Of a stretch of 64,000 bases of DNA, positions 9,199 to 18,121 are shown piece after piece. The notes beneath the pieces were generated by a model that was given only the letters and a program-made list of their open reading frames with translations, had not been told where the DNA came from and made no database searches. This DNA is from Candidatus Subterrananammoxibius californiae. GTDB lineage: Bacteria; Planctomycetota; Brocadiia; Brocadiales; Subterrananammoxibiaceae. The stretch is from NCBI GenBank assembly GCA_030586555.1, contig JAURAC010000004.1:32001-96000 (forward strand). Direction: 5' to 3'. Every line of letters begins with the position of its first letter. Position 1 is the stretch's first letter. A program made the translations under genes and the position numbers.

Positions 9199-11595
9199 TC
9201 AGGGTGAACTCCGCGAAACATCTCGGTAATTACCCTTATACATTTCTACTAACTGGGTTATCCTGGATTTATTCCATTTATTGACATGGCTTCCGTTGCA
9301 TCCCATCCTCGATATGCCGTAAGTATTCTCTGCCTCGCAGTACGGGCAAGAATTGGTTAGCCTTGGGATGGTGCGTTTACAGTCGTCGCATATAGTAAAT
9401 TCCGGGGAGATGGTTACCTGGGCAGCCTGTGTGTTATAATACGTTTTTCTAACAAGGTTCATGATGCTTGCCGCCGGTGGACGCTCCTCACCCACAAAGG
9501 CGTGAATTATCGCCCCGGATTCAATCAAGGTATGGAATTTACTCTGCCAGGCAATTCTCGTTACCATGTCAACTGGGGCATCCGCACGGAGGTGTATGCT
9601 ATTTGTGTAATAGCAGTCATCCTTACTGAGGTCACCCTTAACAAGTTCTCGTGCTTGAGGATAGTTTCTCACATCGCTCTTTGCAAGCCGACGGCTGGCG
9701 CTCTCTGCCGGAGATTCTTCGAGGGAAAATTTTAGTCCGTGTTTTTTCCCTTCCTCTTTTACCCTGAAATACATATAAGAAATTATGCGTAAGCCGAGTT
9801 TCAGCATATCATCACCCTCGTGCAGTTCCCTGCCTGTCATATACTGGAGACATTCGTTCAAGCCAATAATGCCAACAATGTACGTGGACTTTTCCAGGTC
9901 CACATAGGGCCTGCCATCCATTGCCGGTTTACCAATCTCCCACAAAGGCATCTCGGCGCTTGACATAAGTTTCTTAACAAACCTTTTCTTCTGCAAATGT
10001 GCATTTATGGCAATATCTATGCCCCTGTCTATTTCTTTGTTGAGTTTTTCAAAATTGCCCTTGCCGGCACGATAGGCAGCCTGGGGCAGGTTTATCGTCA
10101 CATTCTGGAAGCCGCAGAATCTCATGCTCTCAGGATGCTGTATCATATAGTTGTCTTCAATCGTTGTGCGCAGACGGCAGCAAGCAGAAAGGGTAATCTC
10201 ATCCCTGTCAAAGACAAAATAGGGGGCGCCATTTTCACTGGCAATCCGGCAGGCATATTCAAGGATTTCATATTGTTCAGGGTCGTCAAAAGTCTCAGAG
10301 TTTATATGCAAATCGCACTTCGGAAAGGCGAATGGATGTCCATCTCTATCCCCGGCGCGCCAGACGTCGAGCATGGCGAGTGTAACCCTTCTGGCGGTTA
10401 AGGCATAGTCGCCGTAGGTCTTGCCTGTGTACTTACCACTCGGTCCTATTGCAGGTATATTTCGCAGGTATCTGGGTATGCCTGTGTGGACATTAAAATC
10501 GAGGAAGAGTGTTTGCCCGCCACGAGAAAAGGCGCTCTGGGAACAGCTAAAGATAAGATGCTGCGCCTCTTGCTTCATCTCCTCGTAGTCCATTCCTTCA
10601 AGGTATGGAGCATACATGATGTTAATATAACCAACGCCGAGGGCTCCTGCATAGTATGCCTGCATGGATGCAAGGAACGTGTTGAGATGGCCTGTAAGGG
10701 TGCGGGCATGCTTTGCTGGCGCAGAGGATGTGTCAAGATTCTGGAGCGATAAGCCATATTTCTTTAGATATTCCAGTGAATGAGATGAGCAATAAACACG
10801 TGTTGGGTACCCAAGGTCGTGTAGATGCACGCCACCGCTGAGATGCATCTCCGCAACGTCCTTTGAAAAGACCTCCTTCAGTGCGTACTGCTTGAGGGCA
10901 TGCTCGGCAATTGCAAGATTAATCGCCTCAGGATTATTTGTAGCTATATTACTATTTTCATTGTTTTTTGAGAATATAAGCTGTTCTATGTCATACTTGG
11001 GCATGCCGATTATGGCTTGCTTTTCGAGCTTTACACTAAATCCCCTATCGAAAAGTTCATTGTCTACAAGTTCTCGTATAAGGGAGGTGGAAATGCGGCT
11101 TATACCTGAGGCAAAGATTTTCTTCTCAACTGCGCTTGCTACTTCAAGGGCGATATCGAATGGGATGTCAGCCTCTTTTTGAAGGGCAAGGGCAATCTTT
11201 TTTCTGTCCCAAGGAGTAGTCTCCTCCCTGGTACCAGCCTCCACCAATAAGGCTTTATCCGTTGTATCAGAATTAAGCTTGACCCGTTTACGAACCTGGA
11301 GGGCGGTGCGTATCCTTGCCCGTTTATCCCTGTAAAGGATATAAGCCTTTGCCGTTTTTGTGTGGCCAGTTTCAATAAGGGCACGCTCTACCAAATCCTG
11401 AATGTCTTCTATGCCTGGTACTTTATCTTTGAAGTCCTTTTCGATAAAATGTGTAACAAGATCAGTCAGTTCCTCCGCCATAGCACGGTCATCGCCGCCC
11501 ACAGCCTGGGCAGCCTTGAATATGGCATCAGCAATCTTGGTTTTGTTGAATGGCGCTAACCGCCCGTCTCTTTTTTGTACCATTTCTACCGCCAT
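9199..11595 (-). CDS. nrdD: Class III anaerobic ribonucleoside-triphosphate reductase with two ATP cones and an atypical glycyl-radical loop
   Basis: ATP cone VQKRDGR, HLHDLG, RVYC, ACCRL finger loop, EESPAES, YYTNS, C-terminal CxxC..CxxC; RxxGY replaced by RMGCN. Confidence 0.95.
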   Translation of the reverse strand: MAVEMVQKRDGRLAPFNKTKIADAIFKAAQAVGGDDRAMAEELTDLVTHFIEKDFKDKVPGIEDIQDLVERALIETGHTKTAKAYILYRDKRARIRTALQVRKRVKLNSDTTDKALLVEAGTREETTPWDRKKIALALQKEADIPFDIALEVASAVEKKIFASGISRISTSLIRELVDNELFDRGFSVKLEKQAIIGMPKYDIEQLIFSKNNENSNIATNNPEAINLAIAEHALKQYALKEVFSKDVAEMHLSGGVHLHDLGYPTRVYCSSHSLEYLKKYGLSLQNLDTSSAPAKHARTLTGHLNTFLASMQAYYAGALGVGYINIMYAPYLEGMDYEEMKQEAQHLIFSCSQSAFSRGGQTLFLDFNVHTGIPRYLRNIPAIGPSGKYTGKTYGDYALTARRVTLAMLDVWRAGDRDGHPFAFPKCDLHINSETFDDPEQYEILEYACRIASENGAPYFVFDRDEITLSACCRLRTTIEDNYMIQHPESMRFCGFQNVTINLPQAAYRAGKGNFEKLNKEIDRGIDIAINAHLQKKRFVKKLMSSAEMPLWEIGKPAMDGRPYVDLEKSTYIVGIIGLNECLQYMTGRELHEGDDMLKLGLRIISYMYFRVKEEGKKHGLKFSLEESPAESASRRLAKSDVRNYPQARELVKGDLSKDDCYYTNSIHLRADAPVDMVTRIAWQSKFHTLIESGAIIHAFVGEERPPAASIMNLVRKTYYNTQAAQVTISPEFTICDDCKRTIPRLTNSCPYCEAENTYGISRMGCNGSHVNKWNKSRITQLVEMYKGNYRDVSRSSP

Positions 11596-11611
11596 TGAGC
11601 CCTCCTCCTTT

Positions 11612-12079
11612 TTATTTCTTTTTATCTCCGGTTTTTATTAAAGGTTTCACTTCCTCTACAAAATCAGAAACATCTTTAAATTCCCTGTAAACGGAGGCAA
11701 ACCTGACGTATGCCACATGGTCAAGCTCCTTGAGCTTTTTCATGATATATTCGCCAATGTATTTGGTGCTTACTTCCCTATCAAACTTATCATGTATGTG
11801 ACGCTCAAGTTCGGTAACAATATCCTCGAGGGTTTCCGTAGATACAGGTCTCTTCTCACATGCTCTCACTAACCCAGCCATTACCTTACTGCGGTCAAAG
11901 CTAACCCTTCTGCCATCCTTTTTGATTACGCGTATAGGGCTTTCCTCAATCCTTTCGTGTGTCGTATAGCGCCTTCCACACTTGTAGCATTCACGTCTCC
12001 GCTTAACGATAAGACCGTCGCCAGACGTCCTGGAATTGACCACCTTATCATTGTTTTCCTTGCAAAAGGGACATCTCAT
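11612..12079 (-). CDS. nrdR: Transcriptional repressor NrdR
   Basis: MRCPFC..RRREC..C zinc ribbon, ATP cone, VAYVRFASVY. Confidence 0.98.
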   Translation of the reverse strand: MRCPFCKENNDKVVNSRTSGDGLIVKRRRECYKCGRRYTTHERIEESPIRVIKKDGRRVSFDRSKVMAGLVRACEKRPVSTETLEDIVTELERHIHDKFDREVSTKYIGEYIMKKLKELDHVAYVRFASVYREFKDVSDFVEEVKPLIKTGDKKK

Positions 12080-12107
12080 AAAAGATACCCTCCAATTTTA
12101 ATCATAT

Positions 12108-12158
12108 TTACAATATGTTGAGTGAGTAATATATACCATACAATATATTGTATGTCAA
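12108..12158 (-). promoter_or_regulatory. Tandem NrdR boxes overlapping a sigma70 promoter of nrdR-nrdD-nrdG
   Basis: TTACAATATGTTGAGT (12108-12123) and perfect palindrome ATACAATATATTGTAT (12138-12153), 30 bp apart, match acaCwAtATaTwGtgt; minus strand TTGACA-17bp-TATATA. Confidence 0.85.
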
Positions 12159-12183
12159 ATAAATTTTTTTCTAAAAGTCGTAG

Positions 12184-13671
12184 CTACTTACCTATGCAAA
12201 AGTTGGAGAATATTTTATCGAGGATGTCCTCAGTGGTCGTCTCTCCAACCACTTCATCGAGGGTTTCCAGGGCTTCTCGCAAGTCAAGGGCTATAAGTTC
12301 ATGAGTTCGTGCCTGTGCTGCCGCTTCCTTAGCGCATTCAATTAGTTCAAGAGTACGTTTAAAAGCAGCCTTATGTCGGGCATTCAGGGTTACAGCAGAT
12401 GCTGATTGGTCTATTCTGCCATCGTGAATAGTTCTAACCATGGCATTTTTCAAATCACCGAGCCCTTTACCTGTAACTGTGGAGGTCTTTACAATAGGAT
12501 GCCCTTTGAAATCCTCCGGTAAGGGCGTATTGCAATACGCCCCTACAATATCGCACTTATTTATTACAATAATTTTTTGCAAGGAAGGGAAGGAATTGAA
12601 GAGTTCGATATCTTCATCTTCTACCGCTTTACTGCCGTCAAGGACAAAAAGGATGAGTTGACCCATTTGCAATGAGTTATATGCCTTTGCTATGGCAAGG
12701 GATTGTGGAGTTCGGAGTTCGGAGTTCAGAGTTCGGAGTTCGAATTGCAGAATGCCTGCAGTATCGAGGAGTCGGAAATGGACGTTCCCCAACTCTAATA
12801 CACCCTCCAGGACATCCCTCGTGGTGCCTGGTATGGGGGTCACGATGGCTTGTCGTCTTCCAAGCAAGGCGTTAAAGAGACTTGATTTGCCCGCATTGGG
12901 GCGCCCGCATAAAACAGTCTTAACGCCATCCGAGTGCACAACGGATGTGGTGGCATTGTGGTTTAAAAAGCCATTCAGTTTCTCATAAATTATATTTAAT
13001 CTTTCGGTTATTTCACTAACAGGGGCAAACTCTATATCCTGGTCTGAAAAATCTATGGATGCTTCAATCTCGGCGCAACATTCTATCAGGTCGAGCTGAA
13101 TCTCCTTTACCTTTTTGGATGTGTTCCCTTTTAGATGTGAGAGGGCAGCCCTTAAATCTGCATCGGTACGTGAGCGTATTAAGCCCATTACTGCCTCAGC
13201 CTGCGTAAGGTCAATGCGCCCGTGGAGAAATGCCCTTTTTGTAAACTCACCCGGCTGTGCGAGACGAATACAGCTCTTTGAAGTCTGCTTTAAAGAGATT
13301 AGAGCCTCAACAATCATATCAAGTATTGGTGGTGAGCCGAAGGTGTGTATTTCGACAACGTCCTCTTTGGTGTAAGAATAGGGGGCTTTCATTATGTAAA
13401 GGGTTGAAGGAATCTCGATTTGTTCATGAGGCAAATGTACATTGCCTTTAAAGAACAGGTATGTCCTGGGTTGCATATTGCGAATTGCAGAGCGCTGAGT
13501 TTCTCCGTTAAGCACGGACAAACGAGTTTGTCCATGCCACCCTGCGGTTGGAATAAAGAGACGTTCTGCGCAAAAGAGGGCATCAGTGCCGCTTATCCTG
13601 ATAATTGCGCAAAGGGAACTTCCTGATGGAGTGGAAAGTGCTACAATGGTGTCCTGTGAATCCTGATACAT
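12184..13671 (-). CDS. mnmE: tRNA modification GTPase MnmE
   Basis: DTIVALSTP, GEFTKRAF, GRPNAGKSS, GTTRD, DTAG, NKCD, C-terminal FCIGK; carries several in-frame repeat insertions. Confidence 0.97.
   Translation of the reverse strand: MYQDSQDTIVALSTPSGSSLCAIIRISGTDALFCAERLFIPTAGWHGQTRLSVLNGETQRSAIRNMQPRTYLFFKGNVHLPHEQIEIPSTLYIMKAPYSYTKEDVVEIHTFGSPPILDMIVEALISLKQTSKSCIRLAQPGEFTKRAFLHGRIDLTQAEAVMGLIRSRTDADLRAALSHLKGNTSKKVKEIQLDLIECCAEIEASIDFSDQDIEFAPVSEITERLNIIYEKLNGFLNHNATTSVVHSDGVKTVLCGRPNAGKSSLFNALLGRRQAIVTPIPGTTRDVLEGVLELGNVHFRLLDTAGILQFELRTLNSELRTPQSLAIAKAYNSLQMGQLILFVLDGSKAVEDEDIELFNSFPSLQKIIVINKCDIVGAYCNTPLPEDFKGHPIVKTSTVTGKGLGDLKNAMVRTIHDGRIDQSASAVTLNARHKAAFKRTLELIECAKEAAAQARTHELIALDLREALETLDEVVGETTTEDILDKIFSNFCIGK
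12519..12546. repeat. GTAG-type REP palindrome in-frame inside mnmE
   Basis: GTAAGGGCGTATTGCAATACGCCCCTAC encodes VGAYCNTPL; related intergenic copy at 35476-35500. Confidence 0.75.
12707..12741. repeat. Heptamer tandem repeat (GGAGTTC)x5 inside mnmE
   Basis: Five 7-bp units, one variant, encoding ELRTLNSELRTP. Confidence 0.85.
13512..13541. repeat. Palindromic repeat family GCACGGAyAA-N-TTGTCCrTGCCACC, copy inside mnmE
   Basis: Other copies at 26144-26174, 26197-26226, 41030-41058, 58613-58642, 61102-61131. Confidence 0.85.
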
Positions 13672-13750
13672 GAAAAATGCAACCGCTTAAAACCCCCTGT
13701 ACCCAGACGTCTGGTTGCGGGGCTATAAAGCCAATAGATTTTTAGCTACG

Positions 13751-15502
13751 TTATTTTACTTTTGGTAGTTTGCTCGGCACACTCTGTACGGAAACGATGC
13801 CGTACCGCTTTTTAACAATCCTTCGGATAAGAAACTGCTCGCCTATACTGAGTAATGTACTTGTTGTCCAATAGAGCGTAAGGCCAGAGGGCATATTGTA
13901 AAGTATAAAGGCAAAGATGATTGGCATAAATGCCATCATTTTTTGTTGGGCTTGCTGTTGAGGGTCAGGAGATTTTGGCGTCATACGTGTTTGTATAAAT
14001 GATGCAATCGTCATAATTATTGGAAGTATGTTAAGCATGTTGCCTATTACGGGCAGCGAAAAAGGCAAATGGGTTAAGGTATCAGGCCTGGAAAGGTCAT
14101 TAATCCAGAAGATAAAAGATGCTTGCCTCATCTCAAAGGAGAGTTGAAGTGTGCGAAAGAGGGCAAAGAATACAGGCAGTTGAAAAACCATTGGCAGGCA
14201 TCCTCCCATGGGATTAACGCCATGCTTTTTAAACAATGCCATCTGTTCCTGCCCCATCTTTTGTTTATCACCCTTATGTTTTTCCCTTAACTTACCAATC
14301 TCTGGCTGAAGTTTCTGCATCCTGTACATGGACACCTGACTTTTCTTTGTAAGGGGGAAAAGAAGCGACTTGACCAGCAAGGTTAACATTAGTATGGATA
14401 CGCCGTAATTGTGCGTAATGCCATAAAAGAAATTCAGTATTTTTATCAAATACTTGCATATTGCGCTTGTCCAACCGTAATCTATAAGGAAAACCAGATT
14501 TCCATATTGGGAAAGAACTTCCTCTTGTTTAGGTCCTATATAATAGATATAAGCATGTCTTTCAGCTCCGTGGGGGAGAATCTCTATTTTAGTTGTTTCC
14601 AGTTTAACAGTCAGGTTTAACATATCGGAAGGTTCGAGCTTGGTGACCATCTGTGATACTGCGGCATCTACAAGTTCACTTGTATCGGGTTTTAATACTG
14701 CGGCAAAATATTTGTTATTAACGCCTGCCCAGGAAATCCCTTTTGACTCATTCCTATAAGGTGTTTCAAGGTCTGCTGGGTACTTTCTGTTCACACCCCC
14801 GCGTCCGACATCAATCCTTGTAACGGTGGCTATATCATATTTAGGGTCGCCCTCCCGAAGGATTCCTGTTGCAGCCGTAAAGGTGTATCTGGTATTAATA
14901 TTGGAATCGCTGGTATTTTCCAAAATTACGTCAATATCTATATGATATTTGCCAGGCTGTAGTGCAACGCTCTTTGTAATTTTTAAGCCATTTTCCATCA
15001 TTGCCTCAAAGACAATTTTGTTTGAAGTTTTCTCTTTGACTGTATATCTGAGATTTTCGATGGGGTATTTCCAGTCAGGTATACCAATGGTTAAATGATA
15101 AGGGCCATTTTCTTCGGATTTCAATAGCTCTAATACCTCTTTACCATCCTGGTCTTTGAATCTTTTTAATTTTGCAGAGATGAGCGCAGCGCCCTGGTTG
15201 GTCCAGAGCGTTTTGAGTTCGTCATTTTCAAGCACAATGTCCTTCTCCAATTCTATTTGGAATAATGGAGGACTCGTTGAAATCAAGTCCGAAGAACTTG
15301 CTTCCAACTCTTCTGTTTTTGTGGGACTTACAGGCGTAATCTCTGGCTTACTCGGCATTTCCTCCGCAGGTGTAAGAGGCTTCTGGCTAACTGTTTCCTC
15401 AGAAACAGGTTCCTGTGGTGCGTAATACTTTTGCTGTATTGCGATATAAACCACAAATAATACGCCGCAAAGCGCAATAGCAAGTAAGGCTTTTTTATCC
15501 AT
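13751..15502 (-). CDS. yidC: Membrane protein insertase YidC
   Basis: N-terminal TM, periplasmic domain, YIGPK, IDYGW, GGCLP, LYWTTS. Confidence 0.97.
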   Translation of the reverse strand: MDKKALLAIALCGVLFVVYIAIQQKYYAPQEPVSEETVSQKPLTPAEEMPSKPEITPVSPTKTEELEASSSDLISTSPPLFQIELEKDIVLENDELKTLWTNQGAALISAKLKRFKDQDGKEVLELLKSEENGPYHLTIGIPDWKYPIENLRYTVKEKTSNKIVFEAMMENGLKITKSVALQPGKYHIDIDVILENTSDSNINTRYTFTAATGILREGDPKYDIATVTRIDVGRGGVNRKYPADLETPYRNESKGISWAGVNNKYFAAVLKPDTSELVDAAVSQMVTKLEPSDMLNLTVKLETTKIEILPHGAERHAYIYYIGPKQEEVLSQYGNLVFLIDYGWTSAICKYLIKILNFFYGITHNYGVSILMLTLLVKSLLFPLTKKSQVSMYRMQKLQPEIGKLREKHKGDKQKMGQEQMALFKKHGVNPMGGCLPMVFQLPVFFALFRTLQLSFEMRQASFIFWINDLSRPDTLTHLPFSLPVIGNMLNILPIIMTIASFIQTRMTPKSPDPQQQAQQKMMAFMPIIFAFILYNMPSGLTLYWTTSTLLSIGEQFLIRRIVKKRYGIVSVQSVPSKLPKVK

Positions 15503-15537
15503 TAAGTGTTCCTCGAAAATTCAGTTTTTTTGAACTT

Positions 15538-15921
15538 CTAAGTACTTTTTCTTTTCAGATACTCCTTGACTTCTTTTAAAACAAGTTCAATCTTGGGACG
15601 AGTAGAGCTAATGACTGCATCAAAAAGATGTTTATGTTCTGGGTAAGTGTCAATTTCGGGATGATGAGGTGCATTATCATAGCGAAATATAAGGTCCCCA
15701 ATAGAATCCTGCTAATGGTAGCGATAACTAAGCCATGAAAGAGTGTTACCTAAAATATGGATAGCTTCGCTAATTTCTAAAAGTGAATAATCACGAAAGC
15801 GTAAACGAATGCGTAAATCACCTCTACTTTCAGAAAGAACTTGCTCATCGTATCCTTCTACTTCTGAAAGGTTTTCGATAGTCCGTTGTACTTCCCTGAA
15901 ATATTCAACGATGTTTTTCAC
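15538..15921 (-). pseudogene. DUF6516/TumE-like toxin gene interrupted by a nonsense codon
   Basis: ...YRYH*QDSIGDLIFRYDNAPHHPEIDTYPEHKH... continues in-frame past TAG 15712-15714 to a stop at 15538; RYDNAPHH motif. Confidence 0.8.
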
Positions 15922-16148
15922 GCAATGGTGCTAAGCTTCTGCTCTATCTCCCGTTTCAAGTCCATGTAATGTTGATAATCTCCTGCCCACTCTATAAAAT
16001 CCTTTGAATCGCCCAGCTTTCCAGACTTGTATTGAGTATAAAATTCAGAAGATGACATCTGATAACGCTTTTCATATGTACTCAGTGAACGAACCAGCGC
16101 ATCCAGCGCATCAAGAGGAGAACTATACGTTACCCTTCGTATTGCCAT
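15918..16148 (-). CDS. Antitoxin-like protein (TumA-like) paired with the DUF6516 gene
   Basis: YEKRYQMSSSEFY..YKSGKLGD..DFIEW pattern; 4-bp overlap with the downstream gene. Confidence 0.7.
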   Translation of the reverse strand: MAIRRVTYSSPLDALDALVRSLSTYEKRYQMSSSEFYTQYKSGKLGDSKDFIEWAGDYQHYMDLKREIEQKLSTIA

Positions 16149-16156
16149 AGAGTACT

Positions 16157-16330
16157 CTACTTATCTTTGCCTTCTGGCAACTCAGCCTCGTCAATTAACA
16201 TTATTGGAATGTCGTCTCGTATCGGATATCTGCGACCGCAACTTGTGCATACTATTTTATCGTTTTCCAATTTTACATCAGTTTTACACAGCGGACAGGC
16301 AAGTATTTCTAAAAGTTCTTTGTCTATCAT
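16157..16330 (-). CDS. Trm112 family protein
   Basis: MIDKELLEILACPLCK...C..CGRRYPIRDDIPIMLIDEA. Confidence 0.92.
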   Translation of the reverse strand: MIDKELLEILACPLCKTDVKLENDKIVCTSCGRRYPIRDDIPIMLIDEAELPEGKDK

Positions 16331-16426
16331 TTTAGTATCCGATCCAGAATAAAATTCATTACGGACAAAAGCAACAAGCAAAGAGTAATGAATTCCACTC
16401 ATTGCTCAGCACTCGTCGCTCATTAC

Positions 16427-17995
16427 TTACTTTATCCTCTCCTCTACTAAATAGACGTCTCCACCTTTTCTGACAAGATAATGGAAACTGTCAGGTGAAT
16501 CAAAGATAATCCTTCCTCCTCCAAGTGTAACAATGTTATCGTATTGCTTCCCCTCTTTCCCATCCACGACTACAAACCGCTTATCACCAGTCCCAGTGCC
16601 ATAAGCCACATGCTCGCTGTCAGGGCTGAAGACGGGAGTGCCTGTCATGACGGCATCATAATGATTCTCCTCCTTCCCATCCACAACCACAAATCGCCTA
16701 TCGCCCACCCCGGCACCATAAGCCACACGCCTGCTGTCAGGGCTGAAGATGGGAGTGCCAGCCATGATGGTATCATATCGCTCCCCCTCTTTACCATCAA
16801 CAACCACAAAACGTCCGTTGCCTATTTGAGCCACATAAGCCACTCGTTTGCTATCGGGGCTGAAAATAAGTGTACCTGCCCCAATGCCATCGTAATGCTT
16901 CTCCTCCTTCCCATCCACAACCACAATCTGCCTATTGCCTTCAATAGCCCCATAAGTCAGCCGCTCGCTGTCCAGACTGAAGATGAGCGTACCTGCCCCG
17001 ATAGTATCGTATTGTTTCTCTTCTTTCCCATCAACAACAACAAACCGTTTGCCGCCCACTTCAACTACATAAGCCAATCGCTTGCCGTCCGGGCTGAAAG
17101 CGAGAGGACATGAACCTGCCGCCATGACGACATCATATTGCTTCCCTTCTTTTCCGTCCACAACCACAAACCGCTTATCGCGAACCCCAGCCGCATAAGC
17201 TACTTGCTTGCTATCCGGGCTGAAGATGAGAGTGCCTGCCATGATGCCATCATATTGCTTCTCCTCTCTCCCATCCACAACCACAAGCCACTTATTGTCA
17301 ACTTTAGCCAGGTAAGCTACACGCTTGCTATCAGAGCTGAAGATGGGCGTGCCTTTCCCGATGAAATCGTATTGCTTCTCCTCCTTCCCGTCCACAACCA
17401 CAAACCAGTAAAAGCCTGCTCCAGCCACGTAAGCCATACGATTACTGTCAGGACTAAAAATGGGCGGGCATCCGATGCTATCATAATGCTTTCCCTCCTG
17501 CCCATCCATAACCACAAACTGCTTATTGCTTTCTTTAGCTACATAAGCCACATGTTTGCCGTCGGGGCTAAAGGCAAGAGAGTTCCCCGCTATGCCATCG
17601 TAGTGCTTTTCCTCTTGCCCGTCCACAACCATAAACTGTTTACCACCGACCCCAGCGGCGTAAGCGACTCGCCTGCCGTCAGGGCTGAAGATGGGGGTGC
17701 CAGACCCGATAACATCGTAATGCTTTCCCTCCTTCCCATCTACGACTACAAACCACTCAACATCCGCTTTAGCCACATAAGCCACCCGCCTTCCATCAGA
17801 GCTTACCTTAAAACTCTCCTGTATCCACGAAGAAGGGTCAACTTTAGTAATAAGTTTTTCGGATACTGTCCTATCCTGAAATAAATTCAGAACAGGTTCT
17901 GGAGATTTTTCCTCTGCACGGGCTGCTACTATGCCAATGCAAATAAAGGAAACAACCAAATATAATACTATACCTTTTCTGGACATTTCTGACAT
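16427..17995 (-). CDS. Secreted WD40/TolB-like beta-propeller repeat protein
   Basis: Signal peptide, then 11 copies of a ~39-aa repeat (FSPDxxRVAY...FVVVDGKExKxYD). Confidence 0.85.
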   Translation of the reverse strand: MSEMSRKGIVLYLVVSFICIGIVAARAEEKSPEPVLNLFQDRTVSEKLITKVDPSSWIQESFKVSSDGRRVAYVAKADVEWFVVVDGKEGKHYDVIGSGTPIFSPDGRRVAYAAGVGGKQFMVVDGQEEKHYDGIAGNSLAFSPDGKHVAYVAKESNKQFVVMDGQEGKHYDSIGCPPIFSPDSNRMAYVAGAGFYWFVVVDGKEEKQYDFIGKGTPIFSSDSKRVAYLAKVDNKWLVVVDGREEKQYDGIMAGTLIFSPDSKQVAYAAGVRDKRFVVVDGKEGKQYDVVMAAGSCPLAFSPDGKRLAYVVEVGGKRFVVVDGKEEKQYDTIGAGTLIFSLDSERLTYGAIEGNRQIVVVDGKEEKHYDGIGAGTLIFSPDSKRVAYVAQIGNGRFVVVDGKEGERYDTIMAGTPIFSPDSRRVAYGAGVGDRRFVVVDGKEENHYDAVMTGTPVFSPDSEHVAYGTGTGDKRFVVVDGKEGKQYDNIVTLGGGRIIFDSPDSFHYLVRKGGDVYLVEERIK

Positions 17996-18031
17996 CCTTT
18001 TTTCTTGGATTATTTCGCAAACCGCCTCTCT

Positions 18032-18101
18032 TGTCATGCCGAACTCGTTTCGGCATCTCCTTCCCTCGGGTAAAGAGACCCTGAAACAAGTTCAGGGTGA
18101 C
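18032..18101. repeat. Double-hairpin palindromic element (MITE/RPE-like)
   Basis: TGTCATGCCGAACTCGTTTCGGCATCT ... GAGACCCTGAAACAAGTTCAGGGTGACA, with TGTCA/TGACA termini. Confidence 0.65.
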
Positions 18102-18121
18102 AAAACGGTGAACACTGCCTC

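Noticed and set aside
9150..9221. N-terminal extensions given by the ORF track for nrdG (also scpA, aroB, dprA, Trm112)
   Set aside because: They run through repeat elements or promoter DNA; downstream ATGs match the family starts better
15712..15714. Amber recoding or read-through
   Set aside because: TAG is the normal stop of conserved genes here (mnmE, rpoA, rpsD); a point nonsense mutation is simpler
16500..17800. Periodic DNA repeats resembling a CRISPR array or DGR
   Set aside because: They are coding repeats of the propeller protein; no unique spacers, cas genes or reverse transcriptase
16544..17884. Long plus-strand ORFs of 189 and 248 aa
   Set aside because: Antisense to the repeat protein; open frames explained by the repeat structure
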